From Candidatus Caenarcanum bioreactoricola (lineage in GTDB: Bacteria; Cyanobacteriota; Vampirovibrionia; Caenarcaniphilales; Caenarcanaceae): DNA of 60,964 nucleotides. Where the stretch lies: NCBI GenBank assembly GCA_001899385.1, contig MOYB01000001.1:124173-185136 (forward strand). The letters run 5' to 3'. This document shows, one piece after another, positions 1 to 9,020 of this stretch. The notes beneath the pieces were generated by a model that was not told the origin of the DNA, did no database searches, and was given only the letters and a program-made list of their open reading frames with translations. Positions within the stretch are counted from its first letter, which is position 1. Each line of letters opens with the position of its first letter. Made by a program: the position numbers and the translations under genes.

Positions 1-48
1 GAGAGGGGATTTTATGCATGCATTCTAGCTAAAGAACGACGCGTTTTA

Positions 49-88
49 GCTCCCTTTCCTTCAGGAGAGGGTGGGGGTGAGGCTTTTC
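49..88. repeat. Diverged, longer relative of the GC-rich palindromic mini-element at the window edge
   Basis: GCTCCCTTTCCTTCAGGAGAGGGTGGGGGTGAGGCTTTTC. CCCTTTCC/GGAGAGGG forms an 8-bp hairpin (one G:U) with a TTCA loop. It is followed by TGGGGGTGAGGCTT, the same layout as CCCCC-TTTA-GGGGG-TTGGGGGGCTTC in the clear copies. Confidence 0.35.
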
Positions 89-168
89 AAAAAGCTAGAG
101 GATGATCTTCAGCTTAATCAATGATTAAAGGAGTTTTTTTTGAAGACTAAGTCGCTACAATTCTTGTT

Positions 169-498
169 TTAGGATTGATTATATACTTCTGCTAATAATT
201 GTTTTTCAGTTATTCCAAGTGTTTTTAATTCAGCTAATAATTGTTTCCACGCTGTTCGAGCCTCTTTTAATGTGCTTATTAAACTTTTTCTACCACTTTT
301 TTCTATAGTCTCAGCATTATTTAAAATAGTTAATACTTGGGCTGCCATTTTCGTAAAACAACCATCTTGTTGTATTTTTAATCTTTGGTAATGATCTAAA
401 GTTGGACTAGCTTTAGGTACAATTGTTTTTGCTTGCTTTCCACAAAGTTGACATTTAAAACTTCTGAGTTGTTTTATATTTTTTGTATCTATAATCAT
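169..498 (-). CDS. Hypothetical small protein with an N-terminal CxxC (KCQLCGK)
   Basis: 109-aa ORF ending in TAA. I recognise no family. Helical C-terminal half. Confidence 0.4.
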   Translation of the reverse strand: MIIDTKNIKQLRSFKCQLCGKQAKTIVPKASPTLDHYQRLKIQQDGCFTKMAAQVLTILNNAETIEKSGRKSLISTLKEARTAWKQLLAELKTLGITEKQLLAEVYNQS

Positions 499-619
499 AG
501 TCCTTAATTCATTTAGTATTAATATAGATGTATATCTTAATTAAAATTCAAAAAAATAAAAAGCTTGAAATTCCGCTTTCTTACAATTACTTAACAAATA
601 TATTTCTAGAATCTATAAT

Positions 620-1936
620 CTAGAAAAGGGTTTCCGTTGTTTCAAATCTATAAAAATTAAAACTTTCCTGATTAAAAGAATCTTTAGTAATTTTAACTAA
701 ATCAGAAATTTCTGAATTAACTATCCAAAGAATATCGTTATCTTGAGTCATTAATAACAAAACATCTTTTTTCTTAAGTTTTTTATTAATCAAAAAATCC
801 TTTAATTTGCATTTATAAGGGCAATTTAGTGGCTGGAAAAATAGACCTGAAGAATATTCTTTAATAAACAATTCTTTATCTTTAAATTTACTTAAATCTA
901 AAATTACTTTATTTCTTATATTTTGTTTTGCTTTTTGTTGTATATCTAAAACTTCGATTTTAAGCTTTTCTAAATCTTCTTTATTATTAATTTCAATTTT
1001 TTCTTTTTTAATTAAAGCTTTTCTATCAATAAAATTAGATAATTTTTCATTATAAGTTATGTTATATTCTCCTTCTTTACAAATAAAATAACAATCTTTT
1101 TTTAAATTAATTTTTATATTTTCATGATTATTTATATGCTTTCTAAGCTTTTCTATAAGTGCAAAATTAAAAGGAATATTATTTCCAGCAAGTAAATTCT
1201 TTAGTGTTAATCGTTGAATTACAACATGCTCTCTCTTTTTTAGGGGGGCTTCTTCTCTTATATAATCTTGTTCTGCAGAAAGAATTTCAATAAAATTCAA
1301 AATATTTCTTTTGTATTCTTGGTTAACCTCTTTAAATAAAGGCAAAATTTGATGCCTTATTAAATTTCTTTTTATTTGTGTATCATAATTACTTAAATCT
1401 TCAAAATAATTTAAATGATTTTTTTTACAATAATTTATAATTTCTTGTTTTTCAAAGTTTAATAAAGGTCTTATGAATTTTATTTTTTTTTCTTTATATT
1501 CAAATTCTTTAATTTTTCTTATTGATAAAAGCCCTTCACTACCACTCCCACGAAGAAGTCTAAACAAAAAAGTTTCTATTTGATCATCAAGATGATGTGC
1601 TGTTAAGATAAGCTCTGCATTAAATTTTTCTGTTGCCTTTAGGAAAAAATCATATCTTAATTTTCTTGCTTTATCTTCTGAGGTTTTAGATTTTATGGGT
1701 GATTCTTCACTAAAGAATTTTATTTTAAATTTTTCACATTGTTTAGCAACAAAATCCTTAGCATCTTTAGAAGCTTGGCTCCAACAATGATCAAAATGAA
1801 TACAAATAATTTCTTTATTATATATATTATTTTCAATACACAAATGAAGAAGACAAATAGAATCTGCTCCCCCAGAACATGCTATTAATATCGGGGAATT
1901 ATTATTTTTTAAGATTTCTTTGATTTCTTCTTGCAA
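620..1936 (-). CDS. tilS: tRNA(Ile)-lysidine synthetase
   Basis: N-terminal PP-loop motif ACSGGADSICLLHL, HHLDDQIETFLFRLLRGSG block, 438 aa. TAG stop. Confidence 0.85.
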   Translation of the reverse strand: MQEEIKEILKNNNSPILIACSGGADSICLLHLCIENNIYNKEIICIHFDHCWSQASKDAKDFVAKQCEKFKIKFFSEESPIKSKTSEDKARKLRYDFFLKATEKFNAELILTAHHLDDQIETFLFRLLRGSGSEGLLSIRKIKEFEYKEKKIKFIRPLLNFEKQEIINYCKKNHLNYFEDLSNYDTQIKRNLIRHQILPLFKEVNQEYKRNILNFIEILSAEQDYIREEAPLKKREHVVIQRLTLKNLLAGNNIPFNFALIEKLRKHINNHENIKINLKKDCYFICKEGEYNITYNEKLSNFIDRKALIKKEKIEINNKEDLEKLKIEVLDIQQKAKQNIRNKVILDLSKFKDKELFIKEYSSGLFFQPLNCPYKCKLKDFLINKKLKKKDVLLLMTQDNDILWIVNSEISDLVKITKDSFNQESFNFYRFETTETLF

Positions 1937-1984
1937 GATTTTAAATATATGTCAAAATTAATAAATATTTTAACTTTAAAAAAA

Positions 1985-3058
1985 ATGAAAAGAGAGCATT
2001 ATTTTTCAATAATTATTTTAACTTTATCAATAATAGGAATATTTTTATCTTTATTTAATAATTTTAATGAAACAAAAAATCCTTTTAATTTAAAAAACAA
2101 AGATTTTATTAGTATTAACAAAGCAAAAATACTTTCACTTAGTTTAGACGGTCCAATGTATGAAGGGGAATCTAGTTCTATGTTGGGTATGACTAGCATG
2201 AGTTCCGCAAGTAGGTTAAAAGCAGAACTAGCAAAAGCTTTAAAAAACGATAATATAAAAGGCATAATAATAAGAATAAATAGTCCTGGTGGTACTGTAG
2301 GAATTTCTCAGGAGATTTATAGTCTTATTACTCAATTAAAAAAGAAAAATAAATTAATAATTGCAACTATGGGAGATGTAGCTGCTTCAGGTGGTTATTA
2401 TGTTGCATCTGCTTGTGATCTTATTTTTGCAAACAAATCCGCTTTAACAGGTAGTATTGGTGTTATTTTAAATACATTAAACTATGAATCTTTAGCACAA
2501 AAACTAGGAGTAAAAAGCGTTACAATCAAAGCTGGAAAATATAAAGATAGTGGAAATCCATTTAGACAAATGAGCGCTGAAGAAAAAGCAATATTTCAAG
2601 ATTTAATAGATGAAACTTATGATGAATTTATACATGATGTTTATTTAGGCAGACATTCTTTAAAATACGGTGATTTCCGTAAAGATTTAACAGAAGAAGA
2701 TATAAGACTTATAGCAGAAGGAAGGATTTATACAGGCAAGAAAGCTTATGAATATGGCTTAGTAGACAAATTAGGTGGTTATGATGATGCTTTAAGTTTA
2801 TTACAAAGCATGCTTAAAAAGAAATACGGACATAAAGAAGACTTAAAAATAATAGAATCTTTATTAGCAAGTGATTCTTTAGATAGTATTTTTAATATAT
2901 TTGGAAGTGATTCTGCTGAAGGGAAAGTCCTTTTTTCAAGAAAATTATTAAATTTAAGATGTCTTATTAATTCAGAAAGTTGTTCTAATTTTAATAATGA
3001 ATTTAATGTAGAAAAATTAAATAGTCCTATACTTGTAATAGCACCACAATTTTTATAA
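1985..3058 (+). CDS. sppA: Signal peptide peptidase SppA (36K type)
   Basis: GDVAASGGYYVASACDLIFA serine motif, GKYKD lysine region, N-terminal TM helix. The ORF track starts at a TTG (1931) that overlaps the tilS start. ATG at 1985 (or 1949) is more plausible. Confidence 0.8.
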   Translation: MKREHYFSIIILTLSIIGIFLSLFNNFNETKNPFNLKNKDFISINKAKILSLSLDGPMYEGESSSMLGMTSMSSASRLKAELAKALKNDNIKGIIIRINSPGGTVGISQEIYSLITQLKKKNKLIIATMGDVAASGGYYVASACDLIFANKSALTGSIGVILNTLNYESLAQKLGVKSVTIKAGKYKDSGNPFRQMSAEEKAIFQDLIDETYDEFIHDVYLGRHSLKYGDFRKDLTEEDIRLIAEGRIYTGKKAYEYGLVDKLGGYDDALSLLQSMLKKKYGHKEDLKIIESLLASDSLDSIFNIFGSDSAEGKVLFSRKLLNLRCLINSESCSNFNNEFNVEKLNSPILVIAPQFL

Positions 3059-3082
3059 TCTAAGATAAAATATATTAAGAAA

Positions 3083-3155
3083 GGGGCTATAGTACAGTTG
3101 GTAGTACGTTTCAATGGCATTGAAAAGGTCACCGGTTCGAATCCGGTTAGCTCCA
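3083..3155 (+). tRNA. tRNA-Ala (anticodon GGC)
   Basis: 73-nt cloverleaf read by hand. Acceptor GGGGCTA/TAGCTCC with the G3:U70 alanine identity pair. D arm GTAC-AGTTGGTA-GTAC. Anticodon stem TTTCA/TGAAA with loop ATGGCAT. T arm ACCGG-TTCGAAT-CCGGT. Discriminator A, CCA not encoded. Confidence 0.9.
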
Positions 3156-3156
3156 T

Positions 3157-4518
3157 TTATACAATATTTCCTGTTAATTTCCAAGCATTTATATCTTTAA
3201 TTTTCACATCAATAATATCTCCAAGTTGAATTGGAATATTTATATTTTGAATTTCACAGATTTTTCCGCCATCAGTTCTACCAAAAGCAAGAACCCCTAA
3301 CCCCCTGAAAGGGGGCTCTTCTTCATTAATTTTTTCTATTAATATTTTTTGTATTGTATTTTCATAAATCTTTTTTGCAAAATTTTCTGCGGTAGTTTCT
3401 ACTACTTGATTAATTATATTTATTCTTTGTTTTTTTTCTTCTTCAGGAATTTTTAATTCTAAATTTTCTTCCCATTTTGCAGCTTGAGTATTTTTTCTTG
3501 GGGAATACATGGCAGTAATACAGGAAGCAAATTCTATTTCTTTAATCATTTTACAAGTATTTTCAAAATGTTCTTGTGTTTCACCGGGAAAACCAACTAT
3601 AAAATCACTTGTAATAGAAGCATTAGGTATTAAATTTCTTATTTGTTCTACCATTTCAAGATAATATTTTGAATTATAAGCTCTAGCCATTTTTCTAAGT
3701 ATATAATCATCACCTGATTGCATTGGTATATGAAAGAATTTACATAATTTAGGAAGCTCTGCAATAGTATTAATTAATTCTTTGTTTATAAAACGAGGAT
3801 GCCCTGTTAAAAATCTTATTCTTTCAATACCTTTTATTTCATGAATATCTCTAAGTAAATTAACTAAAGCATATTTTTCATTTAAGTCTTGTCCATAAGC
3901 AGTTACATTTTGTCCTAATAAAGTAATTTCTTTAAAACCTTGTTCTGCTAATTCTATAATTTCTTCTTTTATTTTTTTAGGATTTCGACTTTTTTCTCTG
4001 CCTCTAACACTCGGTACAATGCAATAAGTACAATTAAAATTACATCCGAAAATTATATTAACCCAAGCACAAGGAAAATTTTGTCTAAACGAAGGTGTTT
4101 CAGGAATATCTTCAGGCAGTTCTTCTATTAATTCACAAAAAGATTGCCTCTTTTGTTTTAAATTTTCTACAAATTCAGCTAATCGATGCATATTATGTGT
4201 ACCAAAAACCAAATCAATAAAAGGCATTCTTTTTTGTATTTCAGAGCCTCTTTCTTGCCCAAGACATCCCCCTAAAGCAATTATGATTTCAGGATTTTTT
4301 TTCTTTAGTGCTTTCCACCGCCCTAAATTGCTAAAAACACGATCCGCAGCACCTTCTCTAATAGTACAAGTATTTGCAATTAATAAATCAGCTTCTTCTG
4401 CTTTTTCAGTAGGAATATAATTAATTTTATGTAATAAGCCGAACATCCTTTCAGAATCAGCTTTATTCATTTGACACCCATAAGTTTTTATATAGCATTT
4501 AAGTGCTTTATTATTCAT
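3157..4518 (-). CDS. miaB: tRNA-i6A37 methylthiotransferase MiaB (radical SAM)
   Basis: YIKTYGCQMNKADSE N-terminal MTTase motif, CNFNCTYCIVP radical-SAM cluster motif, C-terminal TRAM region with GRT. 453 aa. Confidence 0.9.
   Translation of the reverse strand: MNNKALKCYIKTYGCQMNKADSERMFGLLHKINYIPTEKAEEADLLIANTCTIREGAADRVFSNLGRWKALKKKNPEIIIALGGCLGQERGSEIQKRMPFIDLVFGTHNMHRLAEFVENLKQKRQSFCELIEELPEDIPETPSFRQNFPCAWVNIIFGCNFNCTYCIVPSVRGREKSRNPKKIKEEIIELAEQGFKEITLLGQNVTAYGQDLNEKYALVNLLRDIHEIKGIERIRFLTGHPRFINKELINTIAELPKLCKFFHIPMQSGDDYILRKMARAYNSKYYLEMVEQIRNLIPNASITSDFIVGFPGETQEHFENTCKMIKEIEFASCITAMYSPRKNTQAAKWEENLELKIPEEEKKQRINIINQVVETTAENFAKKIYENTIQKILIEKINEEEPPFRGLGVLAFGRTDGGKICEIQNINIPIQLGDIIDVKIKDINAWKLTGNIV
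3291..3321. repeat. GC-rich palindromic mini-element, diverged copy, in-frame inside miaB
   Basis: GAACCCCTAACCCCCTGAAAGGGGGCTCTTC. CCCCC-TGAAA-GGGGG hairpin. Read on the minus strand as EEPPFRGLGV just before the GRT motif of the TRAM domain. Confidence 0.7.
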
Positions 4519-4529
4519 TCCTTTTTAGT

Positions 4530-5093
4530 TTAATAAAACTCTTCTACTTCTGAGCTTTCTTTTAATGTCTTAGCATTTTTATTAGGTATAACTTCTATTT
4601 GGATAATATCTACCCAAGGTTCATTTAAAGCAGTACTAAAAACTTTCCCTTTTATTTTTACTAAATCCCCTTCTTTAATTTTTGTAAAACTTTCGTGATT
4701 TTGAACATCTTTTATTTTCATTGCTAATTTAAGCTCACTAAGCGGTATTTCTGTTTTGGGTCTTAAAATTAAAAAAGAAATATATTCATTATGTTTACGA
4801 AGTGCTTTAGGATAATCTAATGCTAAATCTGAAAAAGAAGTAAATTCACCTTCAAAACAAACTTCCTTATTTAACCATTTATTTGATTCTTTTACTAAAG
4901 AAAAAAGTTCAACTTTTGTTTTGCAATCTTTAACTTCATTTTTAATTTTTTCTTCAGTTTTACTTTCTACTTTTTTAACTTCTTTTTTTATTTCTTTTGG
5001 TTTTTGTTTAGAAACTGCTTGTGCATCAGATTGTAAGCCTAATATATATAAACCTACACTAAGAATTAATAAGAATTTTTTTATTTTGTTCAT
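4530..5093 (-). CDS. Hypothetical secreted protein (signal peptide, Lys/Glu-rich linker)
   Basis: MNKIKKFLLILSVGLYILGLQSDAQA signal-like N-terminus from the ATG at 5093. The ORF-track start at 5120 is a TTG. Overlaps the recN 3' end. Confidence 0.55.
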   Translation of the reverse strand: MNKIKKFLLILSVGLYILGLQSDAQAVSKQKPKEIKKEVKKVESKTEEKIKNEVKDCKTKVELFSLVKESNKWLNKEVCFEGEFTSFSDLALDYPKALRKHNEYISFLILRPKTEIPLSELKLAMKIKDVQNHESFTKIKEGDLVKIKGKVFSTALNEPWVDIIQIEVIPNKNAKTLKESSEVEEFY

Positions 5094-6792
5094 GATTTTT
5101 ATATTCTTGAGCCTTTTCAATTAGTTTACGGGTATAATCAAGAGCTAAACTTTTATCATTTTCTCCTGTCATTAAGTCTAGCAAAGCTTTTACTTTTTCA
5201 TCATCTTTTTTTAATTCTTTTGCAAATAAAATTGTAATATTTTCAGTTTGTGTTTTATAAACAAAATAATGTCTATCTCCAAAAACTGCTACTAAAGGTT
5301 GATGTGTAACGCAAACTACTTGATTTCTAAGAGAAAGATTTGAGAGTTTTTTGCCGATTTGTTCACTAACACTGCCACTTGTACCAGCATCAATTTCATC
5401 AAAAATTATAGTTTTTTGAACTTTAGAATAAGCATTTTCACTAAAGAGTGATCTCAAAAGTAAACAAATTCTTGATTTTTCTCCACCAGATCCAATTTTT
5501 GATAACAAGCCAAAATCTTCACCAGCATTACTCTTAAGCATAAAATCTATTTTATCAAGACCATTTTCATTAAAATCTTCAATTTTAGTAAATTTTACAA
5601 AGAACTCTGCCATAGGCATACCCAAAGTTTTTAATTCTTGGTTCATAGCTATATTCAAAGAAGAAGCAATTTTAATTCTATTTTGTGTAAGATTCCCTGC
5701 AATGATTTTAATTTCATTTTGTATTTTAATTAATTCATTTTCTTTTTTTTCAAGATTTTCTTCAAAGTTTTCAAGATCATTTATTTTAAGTTTTATCTCA
5801 TCATGTAATTTGATTAATTCTTCGAGGTTTTGAACACTATGTTTCCTTTTTATTTTTTGAATATTATTAATTCGAGCATTAAGATCATCTATATTTTCTT
5901 CTTCAGATAAATCTGAAAGTGAATCACTATAATCATTAAGTTCATTTACTATATTATCTAACTGATTATTTGCTTGTTCAAATTCATTTATTAAAGTTTG
6001 AATTTTATCTTCTTTATTGTTTATACTCTTAAGATTTTTAAGACATTTTCTTAAATTATTAGAAATATTTCCTTCTTCTTCAAAAAATAAATTATAAACT
6101 GTTTTAAATTTTTGATTAATTTCTTCTGAATTAGCAAGTTTAAGAATTTTATTTTTGATTTTATTTTCTTCTTCTTCATCTTCAATTTCAAGAGCTTCGA
6201 TTTCATCATTTTGAAATTTGAGATAATCAAGTTCTTTTTGTTTTTCATGCATTTTAACTTTTCTTTCTTCTATTTCTTTATATAAAGTTTTCCAAATCTT
6301 GTATTTTTCCTTATAAAATTTTAACTCCGCTTTTACATCAGAATTAATAGAATCAAGATAATCAAGTTGCCCTTTAGAAGATAATATTTCACTTTGTGCA
6401 TTTTGTTCATGTATTTCAACAAAGATCTCTCCTAATTCTTGCAAAGCTTTTGCACTTATAATTTTGCCATTAATACGACCACGACTACCTTTTTGTGAAA
6501 GCTCTCTACTAATTATTATTTCTTTTTCATTTATATCAACTTCTATTTCATAATTCTCTAAAATTTTTATAATATCATTGTCTATTTCAAAGATTGCTTC
6601 AAGATAAGCTTCAGAGCAATTTTTCTTTATATCTGAACTAGAGCAACGACCTTTAAATATAGAATTTATAGCACTTAAAATAATAGATTTACCAGCACCA
6701 GTTTCACCAGTAATAACGGTCATACCTTCATTAAAAGATAAATCTAATTCGTCTATAAGAAGATAATTTTTAACTTTTAATTCTTTTAGCAT
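5059..6792 (-). CDS. recN: DNA repair protein RecN
   Basis: Walker A GETGAGKSI, long central coiled coil, C-terminal SGGEKSR signature and FDEIDAG Walker B. 577 aa. Confidence 0.9.
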   Translation of the reverse strand: MLKELKVKNYLLIDELDLSFNEGMTVITGETGAGKSIILSAINSIFKGRCSSSDIKKNCSEAYLEAIFEIDNDIIKILENYEIEVDINEKEIIISRELSQKGSRGRINGKIISAKALQELGEIFVEIHEQNAQSEILSSKGQLDYLDSINSDVKAELKFYKEKYKIWKTLYKEIEERKVKMHEKQKELDYLKFQNDEIEALEIEDEEEENKIKNKILKLANSEEINQKFKTVYNLFFEEEGNISNNLRKCLKNLKSINNKEDKIQTLINEFEQANNQLDNIVNELNDYSDSLSDLSEEENIDDLNARINNIQKIKRKHSVQNLEELIKLHDEIKLKINDLENFEENLEKKENELIKIQNEIKIIAGNLTQNRIKIASSLNIAMNQELKTLGMPMAEFFVKFTKIEDFNENGLDKIDFMLKSNAGEDFGLLSKIGSGGEKSRICLLLRSLFSENAYSKVQKTIIFDEIDAGTSGSVSEQIGKKLSNLSLRNQVVCVTHQPLVAVFGDRHYFVYKTQTENITILFAKELKKDDEKVKALLDLMTGENDKSLALDYTRKLIEKAQEYKNHEQNKKILINS

Positions 6793-7615
6793 TAAGAGCC
6801 TCCTTGTTTCTTTCTTGAAATTTAACTTTTCTTTCTACTTTTTTAATATCTTCTTCTGCAGCTAATTCTTCTGGTTTAATTTTACTTTTATTTAATAATT
6901 CTCTTATATTTTTATTATTTTTTACATGTTCTTTTGTAATTAATTCTTCTCCTTGAAGATCCTCTTTTTTTGTATTAAAGTTTGTTATTTCAGTTGCAAA
7001 ATCCTTTGCTTTGATTGTTACAGTAGGTAAAAAATCTGCTAAAGGCTTATTATCTGGGATTTTTAATTTTCTCTTCATATCATTTGTATTATGTCCGCCA
7101 AATAAAGCCTTATCCCCCTTACTTCTAATTCGTCCAAATCCTTTTTCATCTACGCCTCTTTGATAAATATTTCTAGATAATTCTTTCTCTGATTCACTAA
7201 GTTTTTCTTTTGCTTGAATTCTTTCCATTAATTGAATTCGCTCTTCTAAAATTTCTTGCTTTCTTGTTTGTATTGCAAAATAAGTTTGAGCAAAAGCAAT
7301 TTGTTCTTTTCGAGAATCTCCATTTTGTGCAATTAAATAACATGCATATCGAGTAAGTTTTATATCATTTATTTCTTTCTCCGCTCCCTTTGGCATTTTG
7401 ATCGTTTTCCCGACATTAGCAAAATGATCACTAACAGCATGTTTAGAATTAAGACAGGATTCTTTTGCTTTTTCAATTACTTTGTAAAAATTATCCCATT
7501 TTTCATATCCAAGTAATTCTTGTAATTCACGAGCATAGCAAAATTCAATTCCATTTTCTACATGCACATAATCTTCAAATTGTTTATGTAATTTTGTAAT
7601 TATTTCTTTTTTCAT
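6770..7615 (-). CDS. dinD: DNA-damage-inducible protein D (DinD) family
   Basis: Close motif-by-motif match to the remembered E. coli DinD sequence (ARELQELLGY, SDHF, LTRYACYLIAQNGD, AQTYFAIQTRKQE). 281 aa. 23-nt overlap with the recN start. Confidence 0.7.
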   Translation of the reverse strand: MKKEIITKLHKQFEDYVHVENGIEFCYARELQELLGYEKWDNFYKVIEKAKESCLNSKHAVSDHFANVGKTIKMPKGAEKEINDIKLTRYACYLIAQNGDSRKEQIAFAQTYFAIQTRKQEILEERIQLMERIQAKEKLSESEKELSRNIYQRGVDEKGFGRIRSKGDKALFGGHNTNDMKRKLKIPDNKPLADFLPTVTIKAKDFATEITNFNTKKEDLQGEELITKEHVKNNKNIRELLNKSKIKPEELAAEEDIKKVERKVKFQERNKEALNAKRIKS

Positions 7616-7628
7616 ATCTTAAATCTCT

Positions 7629-8030
7629 TTAAATAATTATTTTAGGTAATATAAATTCTTTAGCTTTTAATGCTAAATCATAAGCTTCTTCTGCTTCTTT
7701 TAATGTCGGCATATAAAAATCATCTGCATATCTTATATCAATAGCATAATCATTTAATTTTCCTAATTCAAGATTATTAAAATTTTTATCAATTTTTATA
7801 GATAATTCTTTTAAAATTTCAAGATTATGTGTTTTTGAAAAATTTGTTTTATTAAAAATTAAATATGCTTTTAAATATTTTTCTATAGCTTGTTGTGCAT
7901 GAAAACAAATAATATCTGTATAAGATTCTCTTTGGTTTTCTTGAAATTCTCTTTCTATTGTGCCCAAATCATGTTCTGCTTTTATTAGCCATTGTTTTAC
8001 TAATTCTAATATATCTTCATCTATACTCAT
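7629..8030 (-). CDS. HEPN domain protein (toxin partner of MNT)
   Basis: 133-aa all-helical protein with a HEPN-like layout (AEHDL, FHAQQAIEKYLKAYL, KTHNLEIL, DIRY). Its start overlaps the upstream MNT stop as ATGA. Confidence 0.7.
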   Translation of the reverse strand: MSIDEDILELVKQWLIKAEHDLGTIEREFQENQRESYTDIICFHAQQAIEKYLKAYLIFNKTNFSKTHNLEILKELSIKIDKNFNNLELGKLNDYAIDIRYADDFYMPTLKEAEEAYDLALKAKEFILPKIII

Positions 8031-8341
8031 AAAAGAATCCCTTCTTTATTGGCATTATATGTAGTAGTTCCAGCTATTTGAGAAAATTTCAATATTTCAA
8101 TATTTGATTTAATAATAATATCAACATCAATTAAATTTTTAGCTAATTTATTAACAATAAGACGTCTTAATAATCTTTTTGAATTTATATCTATAGAATT
8201 TTTAATTTCAACCATTAAATCATAATCACTATCTTTATTATAATCTCCTCTTGCTCTAGAACCAAAAAGTATAATTCTAGAAAGATTTTCTCCTACTATT
8301 TCTTGAATTATTTGTTTAATTATTTCTAATTCTTTTTCCAT
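8027..8341 (-). CDS. Minimal nucleotidyltransferase (MNT) domain protein (antitoxin partner of HEPN)
   Basis: GSRARGD...DSDYDL nucleotidyltransferase motif. 104 aa. TGA stop overlapping the HEPN start. Confidence 0.75.
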   Translation of the reverse strand: MEKELEIIKQIIQEIVGENLSRIILFGSRARGDYNKDSDYDLMVEIKNSIDINSKRLLRRLIVNKLAKNLIDVDIIIKSNIEILKFSQIAGTTTYNANKEGILL

Positions 8342-8347
8342 AAAAAT

Positions 8348-8971
8348 TTAACATCTAACTTTTTCTATTTTTTCTACATTAGGAGCTAAAAAATTTATTT
8401 CTTCTATTTTAAATAAAGAATTTTCTACAAGAATAGTATTAACAGTGCAATTTAATATTAAATCTTTGTGTTCTGGATTAATAACTGAAAGAAATGCATA
8501 AATAAAACCTCCATGAGAAACTATTATAATATTGCCATTAGTTTGATTTACAATTTCTTTTACAGAAGTTATTGCTCTTTGTTTTTGTTCTGCAAAGGTT
8601 TCACACCATTCAGGCACCCAACTTTTAGAATCTTTCCAACTATTATAAGTATGTGGATCTTCACGTTCTATGTCTTCTTCTTTTTTACCTTCCCATTTTC
8701 CAAAAAACGCTTCTCTAATTTCTTCTTTTGTAATTAATTCAAGTCCTAATTTTTCACATATTGGTTGAGCAGTTTGCCTTGTTCTAGTTAAATCACTTGA
8801 ATAAATACTTTGAATATTTAATTCTTTTTTATTTTTTTCAAACCAAATAGCAGTGTTTTCTGCTTGACTTTCACCTAATTCAGTTAAAGGAGTATCATAA
8901 TGACCTTGTATTATATTATCTCTATTACCGATAGATTGTGCATGTCGTATTAAAAAAATTTTACGAGACAT
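8348..8971 (-). CDS. Histidine phosphatase family protein (phosphoglycerate mutase-like)
   Basis: IFLIRHAQSIGN (RHG-type motif), SDLTRTRQTA, VSHGGFI second catalytic His. Confidence 0.7.
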   Translation of the reverse strand: MSRKIFLIRHAQSIGNRDNIIQGHYDTPLTELGESQAENTAIWFEKNKKELNIQSIYSSDLTRTRQTAQPICEKLGLELITKEEIREAFFGKWEGKKEEDIEREDPHTYNSWKDSKSWVPEWCETFAEQKQRAITSVKEIVNQTNGNIIIVSHGGFIYAFLSVINPEHKDLILNCTVNTILVENSLFKIEEINFLAPNVEKIEKVRC

Positions 8972-9020
8972 ATGTTTAAAAATAAGATTTAAAGATTATA
9001 TCATATATCTATATATCATT

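Noticed and set aside
1866-1876. Other C5/G5 runs: tilS 1866..1876, miaB 4268..4278, rplD 10628..10636, 14048..14058, 28986..28999, 46259..46270, 55927..55938, guaA 58473..58482.
   Set aside because: Each encodes conserved or plausible Gly/Pro residues (SGGAD, GGC, GGG, PPGT and so on). None has the paired hairpin arm or the adjacent second run, so they are not counted as element copies. 14351..14375 (PPLKASGG tail) remains an ambiguous, possibly decayed copy.
2779-3156. 125-aa minus-strand ORF (MELTGFEPVTF...).
   Set aside because: Its N-terminus is the antisense translation of tRNA-Ala, and the rest is antisense to the sppA 3' end. This is a typical spurious ORF.
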